A stretch of 63,633 nucleotides of DNA, the filler included, from Globobulimina sp. (Eukaryota), in the NCBI GenBank assembly GCA_003354225.1. It is 22 parts of 22 records of this genome, joined end to end, with 100 filler letters (N's around TTAATTAATTAA, not from the genome) between each part and the next. Parts side by side here need not be neighbours in the genome. Positions count along the whole stretch, not along the records: positions 49,266 to 52,060 come from PIVH01004858.1; positions 52,161 to 54,954 come from PIVH01004859.1; positions 55,055 to 57,847 come from PIVH01004860.1; positions 57,948 to 60,740 come from PIVH01004861.1; positions 60,841 to 63,633 come from PIVH01004862.1; 17 more parts are not named here. One strand, given 5' to 3'. The notes beneath the pieces are model-generated. The model did no database searches. It was given only the letters and a program-made list of their open reading frames with translations, and was not told the DNA's origin. Each line of letters starts with the position of its first letter. Position 1 is the stretch's first letter. Both the position numbers and the translations under genes were made by a program. Of the stretch, positions 49,369-61,106 are shown in pieces.

Positions 49369-49745
49369 ATGGCAACTCCTAAGTTTAATTTATACATTTT
49401 TGAATATCTATCAAACAACAAAAAATCAGAGATAATGTAAAACATAGACAACAGAGACAGCAACAGGTATCATTGGAGAGTTCTGTACAAGATGAGAAAT
49501 ATCCGGTGAGATTTCATTGGAGTCATGGTGGTCGTGATGTATATGTAGCATATTCAGGTGATAATTGGTCACAACAATATCGAATGCATCGTAGTCATAA
49601 TGATTTTAGTTTAACAATGGGGATTGGCGCAGGTGTATATCATTATAAGTTTATAGTTGATAATCAATGGCGATGTGCACCTGATCAGAAACACGTACGT
49701 AATGCCAATGGTGCTTATAGCAATGTGTTAGATGTTCGGAGTTAG
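49369..49745 (+). CDS. Stand-alone AMPK-beta-type glycogen-binding (CBM48) protein; truncated tandem paralog
   Basis: ATG 49369, intron at about 49383-49428, in-frame MATPKDNVKHRQQRQQQVSLESSVQDEKYPVRFHWSHGGRDVYVAYSGDNW...YHYKFIVDNQW...DVRS then stop. Confidence 0.8.
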
Positions 49746-49873
49746 ATGTTTTTGCAAGAATAAATAACAGTTATTTGATCGTTATTCAGTGCTTCAGTTA
49801 TCTTGTTTTTTTTAGTGTCATTATATTTTTGTTAAAAAAAATGTTTTCCAGTGTAATCAACTTCATCAACAAC

Positions 49874-51416
49874 ATGGGAAATACGTCCAATCCAAACCCT
49901 CCACCAACTCCCCAGTTAATCCATTTTTTTAATATCACCACAACATAAAAAATCATGTACCAAACAACACAAAATCAGAGAGAATGTAACCACATTAGAA
50001 ACAAGATTAAAAAAAATCCTCCATGATCCCACAACCCCTACACCCAAACAAGACATAAACACATTTGGAAATTTTCAATCACAACAAAGGCCCAACAATC
50101 AATACACCCAACAACAATCATATCAATTTGCCCAACAAACACGCGCAAACAACCAACAATACGTTAACATACAAATATATGTTGTTTAATATCCTCGCAC
50201 TCAAAACAAAAAACAGAAAGCAAACCCGTACGGATATCAGTCAACGCAAGCCACAGTCCCGATGGCGCCGCCAATCCAATCCAACCCCTCGCCCGACCAA
50301 TTACAGATGCAGTTAGAGGCACAAATGCAGCAATTACGTCTGTTGCAACAAGCACAGCAGTTAGAACGCCAACGCTTAGATTTAGCGCGGCAACAAAGAG
50401 ACTTAGAGGCCCAAGCTGCCTCTCAACAATTGCAACAACACGAAATCATACGCTTACAACAAAAGCAAGCACAGAGACTACACATTCAACAACAGCAACA
50501 ACAGCAGTTACAGCAAGCCGCCCAAGCTGCAGCACAACAACAACAACTACACCATCAACAGACACAGGCACAAGCCCAAGCACGCTCAGCTGCCGAGGCA
50601 CAGTTACAAGCACAATTAGAGGCAAAACAAAGACTACAAAGGCCGCAAGCACACAGCACACAGACCCAACAGCAACCGCTCCAACAACAGGCAGCAGTGG
50701 AGAGTCCCGTACAAGATGAGAAATATCCGGTGATCTTCCATTGGAGTCATGGTGGTCGGGATGTGTATGTGGCATATTCCGGCGATAACTGGTCGCAAAA
50801 ATATCGAATGCATCGCAGTCATACTGATTTTAGCCTGATTATGGAGATTATCCCCGGTGTGTATCATTATAAGTTCATAGTGGATAATCAGTGGCGGTGT
50901 GCTCCGGACCAGAAGCATGTGCGTGATGTGAAGGGAGCGTATAGCAATGTGTTGGATGTTCGGAGTCATTCCTATCAACAAGTCATTGACGAACAAAAGC
51001 GTGAAAGGAAAAGAAAGAAACAGAAAGCACAATATGAGTATACACAGAATTTGCCCAAATCTGACCATTACGTACAGGATCCACCCATATGCCCCATACA
51101 TTTGCATAAGGTTATATTGAATAATAATAGCGAGGATGGCACGGATAGCATCAGCATCGATGATGGGGTGGAGGAAGAGAGTGATTATAATAATAAAAAA
51201 AAAAAGAATGGCAAAGTGCATACGATGGAATTGCCGACGCCGTTGCGAGTGAGTTTAAATCATTTGTATGTCAGTGATAAGAGAGAAGAGGAGGTGGTGA
51301 CATTGGGAATGACTGAGAGATATAAGGATAAATTCTTCACCACTGTTTATTATACACCTATTGATTCGAGAGGACAAATGGAATCTACGTTTGAAGTGTC
51401 TAATAATTATTACTGA
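49874..51416 (+). CDS. PRKAB: AMP-activated protein kinase/SNF1 beta subunit (3 exons)
   Basis: MGNTS myristoylation-type start, Q-rich linker, CBM48 (YHYKFIVDNQW) and ASC/AMPKBI domain (PPICPIHL, LPTPLRVSLNHLY, RYKDKFFTTVYYTP). Confidence 0.93.
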
Positions 51417-52162
51417 GGTTGGTGTAGTTGCCATGGTAATGTTATAAATAGTAATTTTGATAATTTTCAGTATCAAAAAATGATTTTGAAAAACAAAATT
51501 AGCCATTGATGATTATACATACTAAAAAAATCTTTTTGTGTGTGTTTGTGTGTTCTAATTTTCTTTTTCGTTTTTTTTTTAAGTTTGGTGTCTTTTTCTG
51601 ATTGGTTCATCTCATCATTATGCTAGTCTTGGATTGCATTTGTAGAGCAGTTGGTTAGCTAAAATTCAAAAACGCTTTAAATGCGTCTAGCTAATGGCAG
51701 TTAGAACAAGAACAAAATTTGCAAATAATGAGTTACATTTCCTGTGTTGATTAATTTATGGGATACTTTAGAATAGGACGTGTTTAGAATATTGCCTTTT
51801 GGAAATTTTTGATTTAAAGAGCTTATTTTAAACTCCCCATGTTTTAAATTCGTGATGTATAGAATATTACATTCATTCGCCCATAGGCTATAAACAGGCA
51901 GTGTTTCAAAAACGAAATGTTTTGAATTCAAAACTGTAATTTTAAAAACAATGTGTTTCAAACAGGTCATATTCTAAAGTATTGAATAATATCAACCTGG
52001 ATAAGTTAGCTATTCTCATTGGAGATTTAATAGGTTACTTTCTCTGTAGGTTACTTTCCCNNNNNNNNNNNNNNNNNNNNNNNNNNNNNNNNNNNNNNNN
52101 NNNNTTAATTAATTAANNNNNNNNNNNNNNNNNNNNNNNNNNNNNNNNNNNNNNNNNNNNGT

Positions 52163-53467
52163 GAGGAGGGCAATGAATTAATCTACGGAGTGAGCAAATT
52201 CCCGCATATTTCTGGCTTGCGATTGGTGTATGACCCCATCGCGGACAATTGACATAAAATAAAATCTATTTGGATTCATAAATGTAAAGCAAATAAGTAT
52301 TTTGAATTAATGGATGAGGAAATATACTCAGTAGCGAGCAGCGAGAGTTTGTATCTCGGCGGTGATGGATATAAAATATTGATGGACCCAGTGGCTGTTA
52401 TCCGTGACGACAAAGAAAGTATCAATGCACACATGATATTGATTGGTTTTTTCCGCAAAATTAATGAGTTGAATAACTTGAAATTGTTAATTAAAGGAAA
52501 TAAAATCAAAAATAAGCGGAAAAGTAATAATAAAATTAAGCGGTTGTCGTTAAAGTATGAGAAGTTGCAGTTTGTTGAAACGAAATGGGTCTCTTCGTTC
52601 CAATTGTTGTCGAAGAGAAAGGATGGACAGTTATCGCCGACCAATGATGAGGAGGTCGAGTTAGAATTTCATAAATCGGAGAATGAAATGAATGAAAACG
52701 AAACTAAAACATTGTTGAATGATGTGGTGGATGACAGCGATGATGGCAGTGATATTGAGTTAGGAGCAGAGCACGAAGAGGAACGGGTTGATGAAGAGGA
52801 GGAGGAGGAGGTGGAGGACGATGGCGATGTGGATGATGGCAATAAAGTGTTGGAGAAACCTGCAAAGCAAGAAAACAAATTGAAATTGAATATGGACAAA
52901 GAAATAATGAGAGAGAAATTGCAGAATATTAAGAAGAGCGGGCAGATTAAATTGAATTTAATGGGTAAAAAATTAAGGAAATTAGCGATTGAGTCTGGGA
53001 ACGAAATGGAGAAATTGAGTGAAAAAACGAAACATTTTATAAATGCGAACATTAAGAATGAAAATAAGGAAATAAAGTATGACGCGGATGGGAATATTTT
53101 GGATGTGGAGATATTTATAATTAAACCAAAAATTGATAGTCGGATTATGACGGTTCAACAATCAGAGTCAGAGTGTAATAATGCGGTGGTTAATAATTAT
53201 GGCAATATCGAGGATGAAGATAAAAGACAGAAAATATCGGAAGAAAGTAATGAAAATAACCCACCAGAACGAAGGAGGCAGAGCAAAGCAAAATTGTTAG
53301 TTTCCAGATCTAGTCAAATATTTAAAAACATTGAATTTAAAAAACCCAAATTTAATAAAAAAAAATCAAGAACGTTGATTGAGAATAATGATACGGACAA
53401 TGATAATGATGATAATAATATAAACAAAAAAAAGAAACGATTTAAATTTAAAGGATTTCGAAAATAA
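52163..53467 (+). CDS. 5'-nucleotidase C-terminal domain plus long charged tail; one in-frame TGA at 52250
   Basis: KFPHISGLRLVYDP...[TGA]...YSVASSESLYLGGDGY matches 5'-nucleotidase C-domain motifs FPQVSG and GGDGY. Confidence 0.7.
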
Positions 53468-55054
53468 ACTGACTTCTTTTTTTTTTAATAGTATAGTTAT
53501 AATTGTGTTTGGTGTGAAATTACAACGTAATATAATATTAGAAAAAGCAAAAAAACAATATTACGAAGTATAGTTTTAGACATCATTTAATTTTTCACTT
53601 CAACTTAAGACAAAAGGAAAAGTGAACATGTCACTCTGCAAAGCGGTCAAGTTTCGTTTTTTAGCGGCCCAATTAACACCAACAGAAACACTTGGATGTG
53701 ATGCTGATAATATATTAATAATATGGTCATCAGTATTGAATGGATTAGAAGCAATTGAATTAAATGGAGAAGAAAACGATGATATTGATATTGCTAATTT
53801 TCTGCAGTCTGCTCATTTAAATGTTGATAATATCACAAAATTAAGATGCTCAAATTTTGGAGTCTCCAATGATTTTCCAGCTGATAATAGTATAATATTC
53901 AAATTGTTTTTTCGAGAAAGACCTTGGAACCCAAAGCGATGAAAATACGGCAGGTGGTGGAGAGTAAAAAGAGGAATAATAAAAAATAATATGTCATCGA
54001 TCAAATGGTACCGTATTATCCGGGGACCCCTCGCGCTGCCATCGGTTGCATGCTTTGCCGACGTACATAACTTTGATGCGGTGATATTTGCACATGTTTG
54101 CCATTCAAACTGCGTTTGGAGGCAACTGAGTTAAAATCAAGTCTCCGTATTCTCCACCGCTGTGTCCTCATTGTTGAAGGCTGGGATCTGTCCACTTATA
54201 TCATGATCAGGCACAGCCACATAATTATAATTATAATTATTATAGTTTCTGTTTGGTTGCTTATATGGCAGCGACTGTGACTTTGGATGTGTTGCTTGTA
54301 AACCAAAATTAATAAAATCATGTCGCAACTCAGCATAATTAACATTTAATAATTACAGTGGCCAAAGTCTCGAGAATGGCCTGTCTGAAAGGCGTATATC
54401 CATAGATCCATAATTGTAACCACTCCGATTGTAATAATATATATTTTGCAAATTTGAGGAGTACTTTGTCCGAAGTATCGTTTGACTGATTTAATATTTG
54501 CATCATTGAAATGTATCTGGAAATCCTCTAAAATATCTTGTCTTAGTTGCCTTTGTGAAACATTCATGTTTAAGTGAAAAAAAGTTCAGTAAAAGAGAAA
54601 AGTTAAGTATATATACATGGCACACTGCCAGTCACTGTAATTATATAATCTCGATCCAAAATTACAACGCAGTAATAATCCAACCATTCCCTTTCCACAA
54701 TGGCAACAATATAAAATACGGCATATTAACGATAGTAACATCAAAATGATTTATCGCTATGGCTGTAATTTACCTAAAAAAAAACATAATATTCGGAGTT
54801 TCGTTAAACAAATACGTGTTATTATTGCCAGTGTGGAAACATAATCTTTTTTGTATTGTTATGGCGCCAGTTATCAACATAAGAAACCACACAGATTGAG
54901 ATTCAGCACTGGTTTTGGATGGAAACAGTTTGATTATAATTATTACAGTGACTGNNNNNNNNNNNNNNNNNNNNNNNNNNNNNNNNNNNNNNNNNNNNTT
55001 AATTAATTAANNNNNNNNNNNNNNNNNNNNNNNNNNNNNNNNNNNNNNNNNNNN

Positions 55055-57642
55055 TAAACCAAACTGAGTGCACGAGCCATGATAACCAGTCCACGAACAT
55101 ACATTATCCAAACTATTTGGCATAAAACGCGAATAATACCAATTGTTATGAATAGATTTAAACATAAACTCATTATTAAATTCATAAATATCACTGTTAT
55201 CTAAAATGGATGAAGTGTGAAACCATTTCTTTGTTTCAAAATAACTTTCATTAAATGTATTTTGTATGGATAATAAATCAAAACATGGATAATAATCGCA
55301 AATCAGTCTGCAAACAGCTATGGGAATTATAAGATTCAGAGACTGACAATGCTTGCAAATGAAACCAAATACTAATATTTCATCATCAATCGATACTAAA
55401 TTATCCCATTTTGCTTTGTTGTATCGGGCTACATTATTTACTGAAAATATTGCATATTTTGCTGGCGATTGTATATCATTATAAATGTACATATTTATAT
55501 CTCCATCCATTGCAATCATATTCTTTATATCCTTCAATTTATGCTCAATGCAACGATATTGTCCCATTGCAAATGTTTTTAAAAGATGGTCAATCTCAAA
55601 TGAATATATATTTTTATTAATTGGCTGCTTCGAATGTATATTTACGTGGTATTTTTCCAATTGACAATATTCAAAAATAATATTTTTTGTGGCATTGTTC
55701 AATGTCTTCAACTCACAGTCTGTACATGTCAGCAAATAATGTTTCAATACTTTGTAATATCCATACCATCGTTGAATAAAGTCACAAAAAGCTTCAATCA
55801 ATGCCAATAATTGCATCATACTTAAACAATCAAACCCTAATTCTATGCATTTTACTTGATTTTGGTTTCGAATCAATTCACAAAATGTCACTAAATGTGT
55901 CTGCAGATAATGTTGCTCAAATTCCCTCAATGCAATACAGTCCATATTTACATCCGCGTTGCTACGAACAGTGTTTATTATTTCCTTGATTCCTTTCGCA
56001 TTTTTGTCATTTTTGTTAAACAATCCATTGATTTTAAGTTGTTTTAACTGTTTGCTGTGTTTTAAAACAGCACAAATGTTTGACATATTATCATTATCCC
56101 AATGTGTGTCTGGAATATCAAATATTAATCGCTTTAGTTTGGGGAAAGTAGCGCAATCTGAAAATAACTTGTTGCAAAATTCAGCATTCAATACGTTTTC
56201 CACATTTGCAGTCAATGAAAGAGTCTCTAACTGTTTCCGTTTAGAGACAATGCATTGTATCAGAAACGAATGTAATTCGTTCAAATCTTTTATATGAATA
56301 TTACTCTCAAATAACAATACTAAATGATTCAAATTGTGTACCTTTTCCTGAATACACCAAAACAAATCACATAATTTACGTTGGCAATCATTGGATACAT
56401 TGGCAATACAAAATTGAAGCGATTTCAACTTACGATTAAAGTCCATCGCTTTCACAAATAAATCCCACGCATTTTGATGATTATTCATCCATGTTCGCAG
56501 CAACAAATCATCGACATAACAGTCAAATTCTTGCACAAAGTTCAAAGCGACAGCATGCAGCATATAATTATTACAATCGTCCATGCTACGAAATGGCGAC
56601 TTAGTAATTACACATTTCCTCAGCTTTGGACACAATATATCTTTAATCACATCATATATTGGTTTAACAGCAAAATTCTCCATATACAATTCTGCAACGT
56701 TGGTCTTAGCAAAATATCGGATAATATCGCAAATTCGAGTGACAGACACATCATTTCTTACCATATCATACATTAACTGCATATCTAAACATAATGGATT
56801 ATCCAAAGCATATCCACCAAATAGGTCTAGAAATGGAGCATTAATGATGCCTGTGATCACATTATGCATTGCCAGTATATTGCTATCCATATTTAAATAT
56901 AACATATTTTGTCCAGGAATAACGCTTAAATCTTGTTTAGCTATGGATTGCTTAACTGTGTCAATCAACAATTTATTGATGTTAACGTTGTTCTTGGCTG
57001 AGGTTTCCATGAATAACATCCCCATTTTATGTGCCCATTGCTGTTTATATATAAGTTATAAAAAGAATGTGCGAGGATATAAATGCATTATATTTGCTAT
57101 ATAGAATGGATAACTTTTGCTTTGTTGCATTTGACCGCTCGATATTGATTCTTATCACATTGATTACCAACTAACACTAAAAGACACTCTGATGATATAA
57201 TATCAGTGAGTAATGGCAACCATTTTATTTTGATATTCTGGAACGTCACAACATTGGTTATATCATAAACGAATAAGACTACATTGGCAGACTTTGCATG
57301 CGTCGATAATAAATACGCAAACCTTTGCTGCCCGGAAGTGTCTATTATCTTACATTGGATGGCAGTGTCAAATACATTGATGGTTATATTTTCAAAGTCT
57401 ATGCCCAAAGTTTTCATATAAAAATCCAAATAACCATCGTTGCCAATTTGTCGGGTTATTTTTGTTTTACCCACACCACAATCACCAATTATCACAATTT
57501 TACATTCCTCCTCAGCTTCAACCTCAAGCTCTTCTTGCATATCAAAACCTTGTCTTTCTACTATGTTTCTATTGCTGTCGGTGGTGCTGTCATCATCCAG
57601 GTTGAGAATATATGTTCGAGAGGGTGCTTGAGCTGTGATCAT
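55055..57642 (-). CDS. Rab-like small GTPase fused to a large LRR-like region (intron at about 57042-57114), 3'-truncated
   Basis: GDCGVGKT, TLGIDF, DTSGQQRF, LVGNQCD, and after the intron FMETSAK, then over 600 aa with LxxLxL repeats (LKSLQF, LNHLVL, LETLSL, LKRLIF, LKQLKI). Confidence 0.85.
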
Positions 57643-57968
57643 GAGTCAAGTTTATAGTGGTACTCAGCTAAAACTTTCAATTATGCCTTTGCCTAAAAGT
57701 AAACAGAAACATTTGTGTGGGGGTGTGCTCTGTCTGCTCTTTTGTGTGGGGTGGGCTCTGTCTGCTTTTGTGTGTGTCGTCTAACCTAAACTCTAAAAAT
57801 AATTTTTTTCTGATTGGTTGACTCGAACATATGTGTAATCACTTTATNNNNNNNNNNNNNNNNNNNNNNNNNNNNNNNNNNNNNNNNNNNNTTAATTAAT
57901 TAANNNNNNNNNNNNNNNNNNNNNNNNNNNNNNNNNNNNNNNNNNNNGCACTAATTATAACAATCCGT

Positions 57969-59153
57969 TTGACCCAGGGATGGTTGAATTTTTTTAAAGA
58001 ATATTCAAATGTAATCAAAAAGCAATTATACATAATATTATTATCATTTATTTTTTATCCGATAACTGTAACATTATATTGTTGTATTGGTTATTATTTA
58101 CACAATACAATATATTCGACAATCTTATGGCTATTTGTATTGTCCTCTTTTTTTGTTTTAAGAATTATTCGCTTATTGCAATCTGAACAAAAAAACAAAG
58201 CAAAAAAGAAAAAATATATCAAAGAATGTCTATTATTATTATTGATATTAAACTGTTTATGGACTGCCTTTCATTTAATATCAACAACAAAAAATAACGC
58301 CACGTATATAAAGTATATAAAAATAACATTATTCATAGCCATATTTCTGTCGCATGGCTTTTTATTTTTTTTATGTCAAAAAGGTTCAATTTCTGTCACT
58401 TTAAACCGCGATCCGTTAAAATATGTTTACATTGAACGGGAACCATTGTATGCGTCATTATTATCGCATATACAATGCAAGAAATTGGTATTTCGATGGA
58501 TTCAATACAACGCATTTAATCTTAACCCCAATCTTAATCTCAATTCAATTATTCCAAAAGTTGTGAAACAACTTTGTTTCCGATATACATTCATCGATCA
58601 TCAGGATACGGCGTGGAAATTATTACATGGACGAAAATTAAAGAAGGATAAAGTGGATTGTTTGGAATCAATCTCAAAGTTATTATTTATTCAAATTGCA
58701 ACTGGGATTGGAATGTATTTATGTTCGCTTCTATATGGTTTACAAGTATTCTTTATGCAAAATGATTTGGTAACATTTGTATGTCAAATATTATTATATT
58801 TTGTATTAATTACAACGTTAATAACCTTTGCTATGATGCCTACGTTTAATGCCACATTTTATAATAAATTGTGTTGTAAATTCCATAATTTTGTTGAAAA
58901 GAAGGTATTGAGTTATTTGGATGATTCAAATCAAAATAATGATAGTTATCAAAGGAGATCGAGAATCAGCAGACATACATCACGGTCACGGCGGAATAAT
59001 ATACATAATGATTTTGTTGATGAAGGGACACTTTTAACAGAGCTGCCATCATTTATTGCTACAAGTAATATTGTCACTGAATTACATCTGGAGAGCAAAC
59101 AGAAAGAATCTACCATCGATGAGAATCACTCCCTTAAATTAGCTATATGTTAA
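57969..59153 (+). CDS. Multi-pass membrane protein of unknown function, 5'-truncated
   Basis: About six hydrophobic segments and a cytosolic tail beginning FYNKLCCKFH. Confidence 0.7.
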   Translation: MTQGWLNFFKEYSNVIKKQLYIILLSFIFYPITVTLYCCIGYYLHNTIYSTILWLFVLSSFFVLRIIRLLQSEQKNKAKKKKYIKECLLLLLILNCLWTAFHLISTTKNNATYIKYIKITLFIAIFLSHGFLFFLCQKGSISVTLNRDPLKYVYIEREPLYASLLSHIQCKKLVFRWIQYNAFNLNPNLNLNSIIPKVVKQLCFRYTFIDHQDTAWKLLHGRKLKKDKVDCLESISKLLFIQIATGIGMYLCSLLYGLQVFFMQNDLVTFVCQILLYFVLITTLITFAMMPTFNATFYNKLCCKFHNFVEKKVLSYLDDSNQNNDSYQRRSRISRHTSRSRRNNIHNDFVDEGTLLTELPSFIATSNIVTELHLESKQKESTIDENHSLKLAIC

Positions 59154-59382
59154 TTGTATTTTACTGGCGTTTTTGTTTGGTCAGACTCAGTTCAGATTAT
59201 AAATCATTTTTTTCCGTCAAAATTCTTTATCAGTTATCACAAACCATACTACACTGCTTTCGAAACGGTGCGCAAAACGTTTTTTCCAGCAAACCTGTCA
59301 AGTGTCAATTCCGTCAATTCCGCAGTTTTGTTAATCCAGCAATCCAGCAATCCAGCAAATCGTTTTCTCGAACAAAAAGACA

Positions 59383-60579
59383 ATGTTATACAAATCAGTT
59401 GGATTTGGCACCAAATCAGTTCATTCACACCAAAAACCAAACGTATTACATGGTGCAGTAATGCCAGGCATAGAAATATCAACTATATTTGCCCAACCAT
59501 CACCAGATAGGAAATTATCTGAGTTTTCATATGCTCGAATCAATAATCCAACTCGATCAACGATGGAAAAATTAATTGCTTCATTAGAATGTGGTAAACA
59601 CGGAATATCATTCAGTTCTGGATCGGCTGCAATAATTGCTGTATTATCAGCATTTGCATCCAATAAAAACATTATTTGCGGTCAGGATGTTTGGGGCGGT
59701 ACAAATAGAATAAATAAAACGGCAAACAACACCAATAATATAACAACAACATATATTGATTTAGTTGGTGAGAATGGTGTACAAAATTTAGATAATTTGT
59801 TATCAAGCAATGCCAATAAATATTCACTTATTTGGTTAGAAACACCCACAAATCCTGCACTTAAAATATCAGATATTGCATCACTGTGTCATATTGCTCG
59901 TAAATATAATATTATTTCAGTTATAGACAATACGTTTGCTACGCCATACAACACATTGCCACTACAACTTGGCTGTGATATTGTAATGCATTCAGTTACA
60001 AAATATCTAAATGGACATAGCGATGTTTGTATGGGCATTGCTGTGACAAACAATGATGATTTAAAGGACAAATTAAGAGATATTCAAGTTTGTTATGGTG
60101 CTGTTCCTGATGCGTTTCCATGTTATTTAGTTATACGAGGTTTAAAAACATTGCATGTCAGAATGAAAAGACATGCTTTCAATGCAATGAAAGTTGCTCA
60201 ATATTTAGATTCAAATCCGAAAGTTGACAAAGTATATTATCCATTTTTGAGTGGCAGTGCGGGTTATCATTTGGCAAAAAAACAAATGAAAAGTGGCGGA
60301 GGAATGGTTTCGTTTTTGTTGAAAGGTGGATTGAGTGAATCAAAACAATTCTTGCAGAATGTAAAGGTTTGGACGTTGACCGCATCATTAGGTTGTCCAG
60401 AATCGTTGGTGTGTCATCCAGCCATAATGACACATAATACTTTAACAGCAACGGAAAGGAAAGAACAAGGGATTTTAGATAATTTTCTTAGATTATCGGT
60501 TGGATTGGAAGATTATCAGGATTTAATTGATGGATTGCAAGATGGATTAAATGCAATCACAGTACAAAGTAAATTGTAA
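59383..60579 (+). CDS. CTH: Cystathionine gamma-lyase / Cys-Met metabolism PLP-dependent enzyme
   Basis: YARINNPTR, FSSGSAA, WLETPTNP, DNTFATP, SVTKYLNGHSDV (PLP lysine) and LRLSVGLED. Confidence 0.93.
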   Translation: MLYKSVGFGTKSVHSHQKPNVLHGAVMPGIEISTIFAQPSPDRKLSEFSYARINNPTRSTMEKLIASLECGKHGISFSSGSAAIIAVLSAFASNKNIICGQDVWGGTNRINKTANNTNNITTTYIDLVGENGVQNLDNLLSSNANKYSLIWLETPTNPALKISDIASLCHIARKYNIISVIDNTFATPYNTLPLQLGCDIVMHSVTKYLNGHSDVCMGIAVTNNDDLKDKLRDIQVCYGAVPDAFPCYLVIRGLKTLHVRMKRHAFNAMKVAQYLDSNPKVDKVYYPFLSGSAGYHLAKKQMKSGGGMVSFLLKGGLSESKQFLQNVKVWTLTASLGCPESLVCHPAIMTHNTLTATERKEQGILDNFLRLSVGLEDYQDLIDGLQDGLNAITVQSKL

Positions 60580-61106
60580 AATAATATAAATATTTTTTTA
60601 AAGTTTTAATTAATACGTTTTTATAATCATTGATTAGATTTTAATTAATAAAGTTTTAATTAATTATTGTTTAGATTGAGATTGTTTTTCATTTGTATAT
60701 GTATGTATAGTTTTAATTAATTATTGTTTCTACGGCGACTNNNNNNNNNNNNNNNNNNNNNNNNNNNNNNNNNNNNNNNNNNNNTTAATTAATTAANNNN
60801 NNNNNNNNNNNNNNNNNNNNNNNNNNNNNNNNNNNNNNNNCTTTCCAATAAACTATGTACGCCGTCACTTCTATACCGTGGAATAATGTACAGTTCTTAA
60901 AATATACACTTCGATTTATATAGACCGTGTTATTCCTTGGGCAAATGGTCTGGCTTTTAGACAGTTTTTATTACCTCTAAGGCAGTCATTTGTTCAGCGA
61001 ATGAAGGTTTTATACTTATATATGTATGTGTAGCACAAGGTAAGATAACATTTTTTATTTTATATATAAATAAATATATATGACATATATAGATTAAAAT
61101 AAATTT

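Noticed and set aside
53600-54954. Short ORF fragments on both strands
   Set aside because: No consistent gene model or recognisable motif could be supported.
60841-60989. Minus-strand frame with three in-frame TAA codons suggesting TAA=Gln recoding or C-to-T hypermutation
   Set aside because: It is only 49 codons in AT-rich DNA with no recognisable homology, and neighbouring ORFs use CAA for Gln and end in TAA/TGA.
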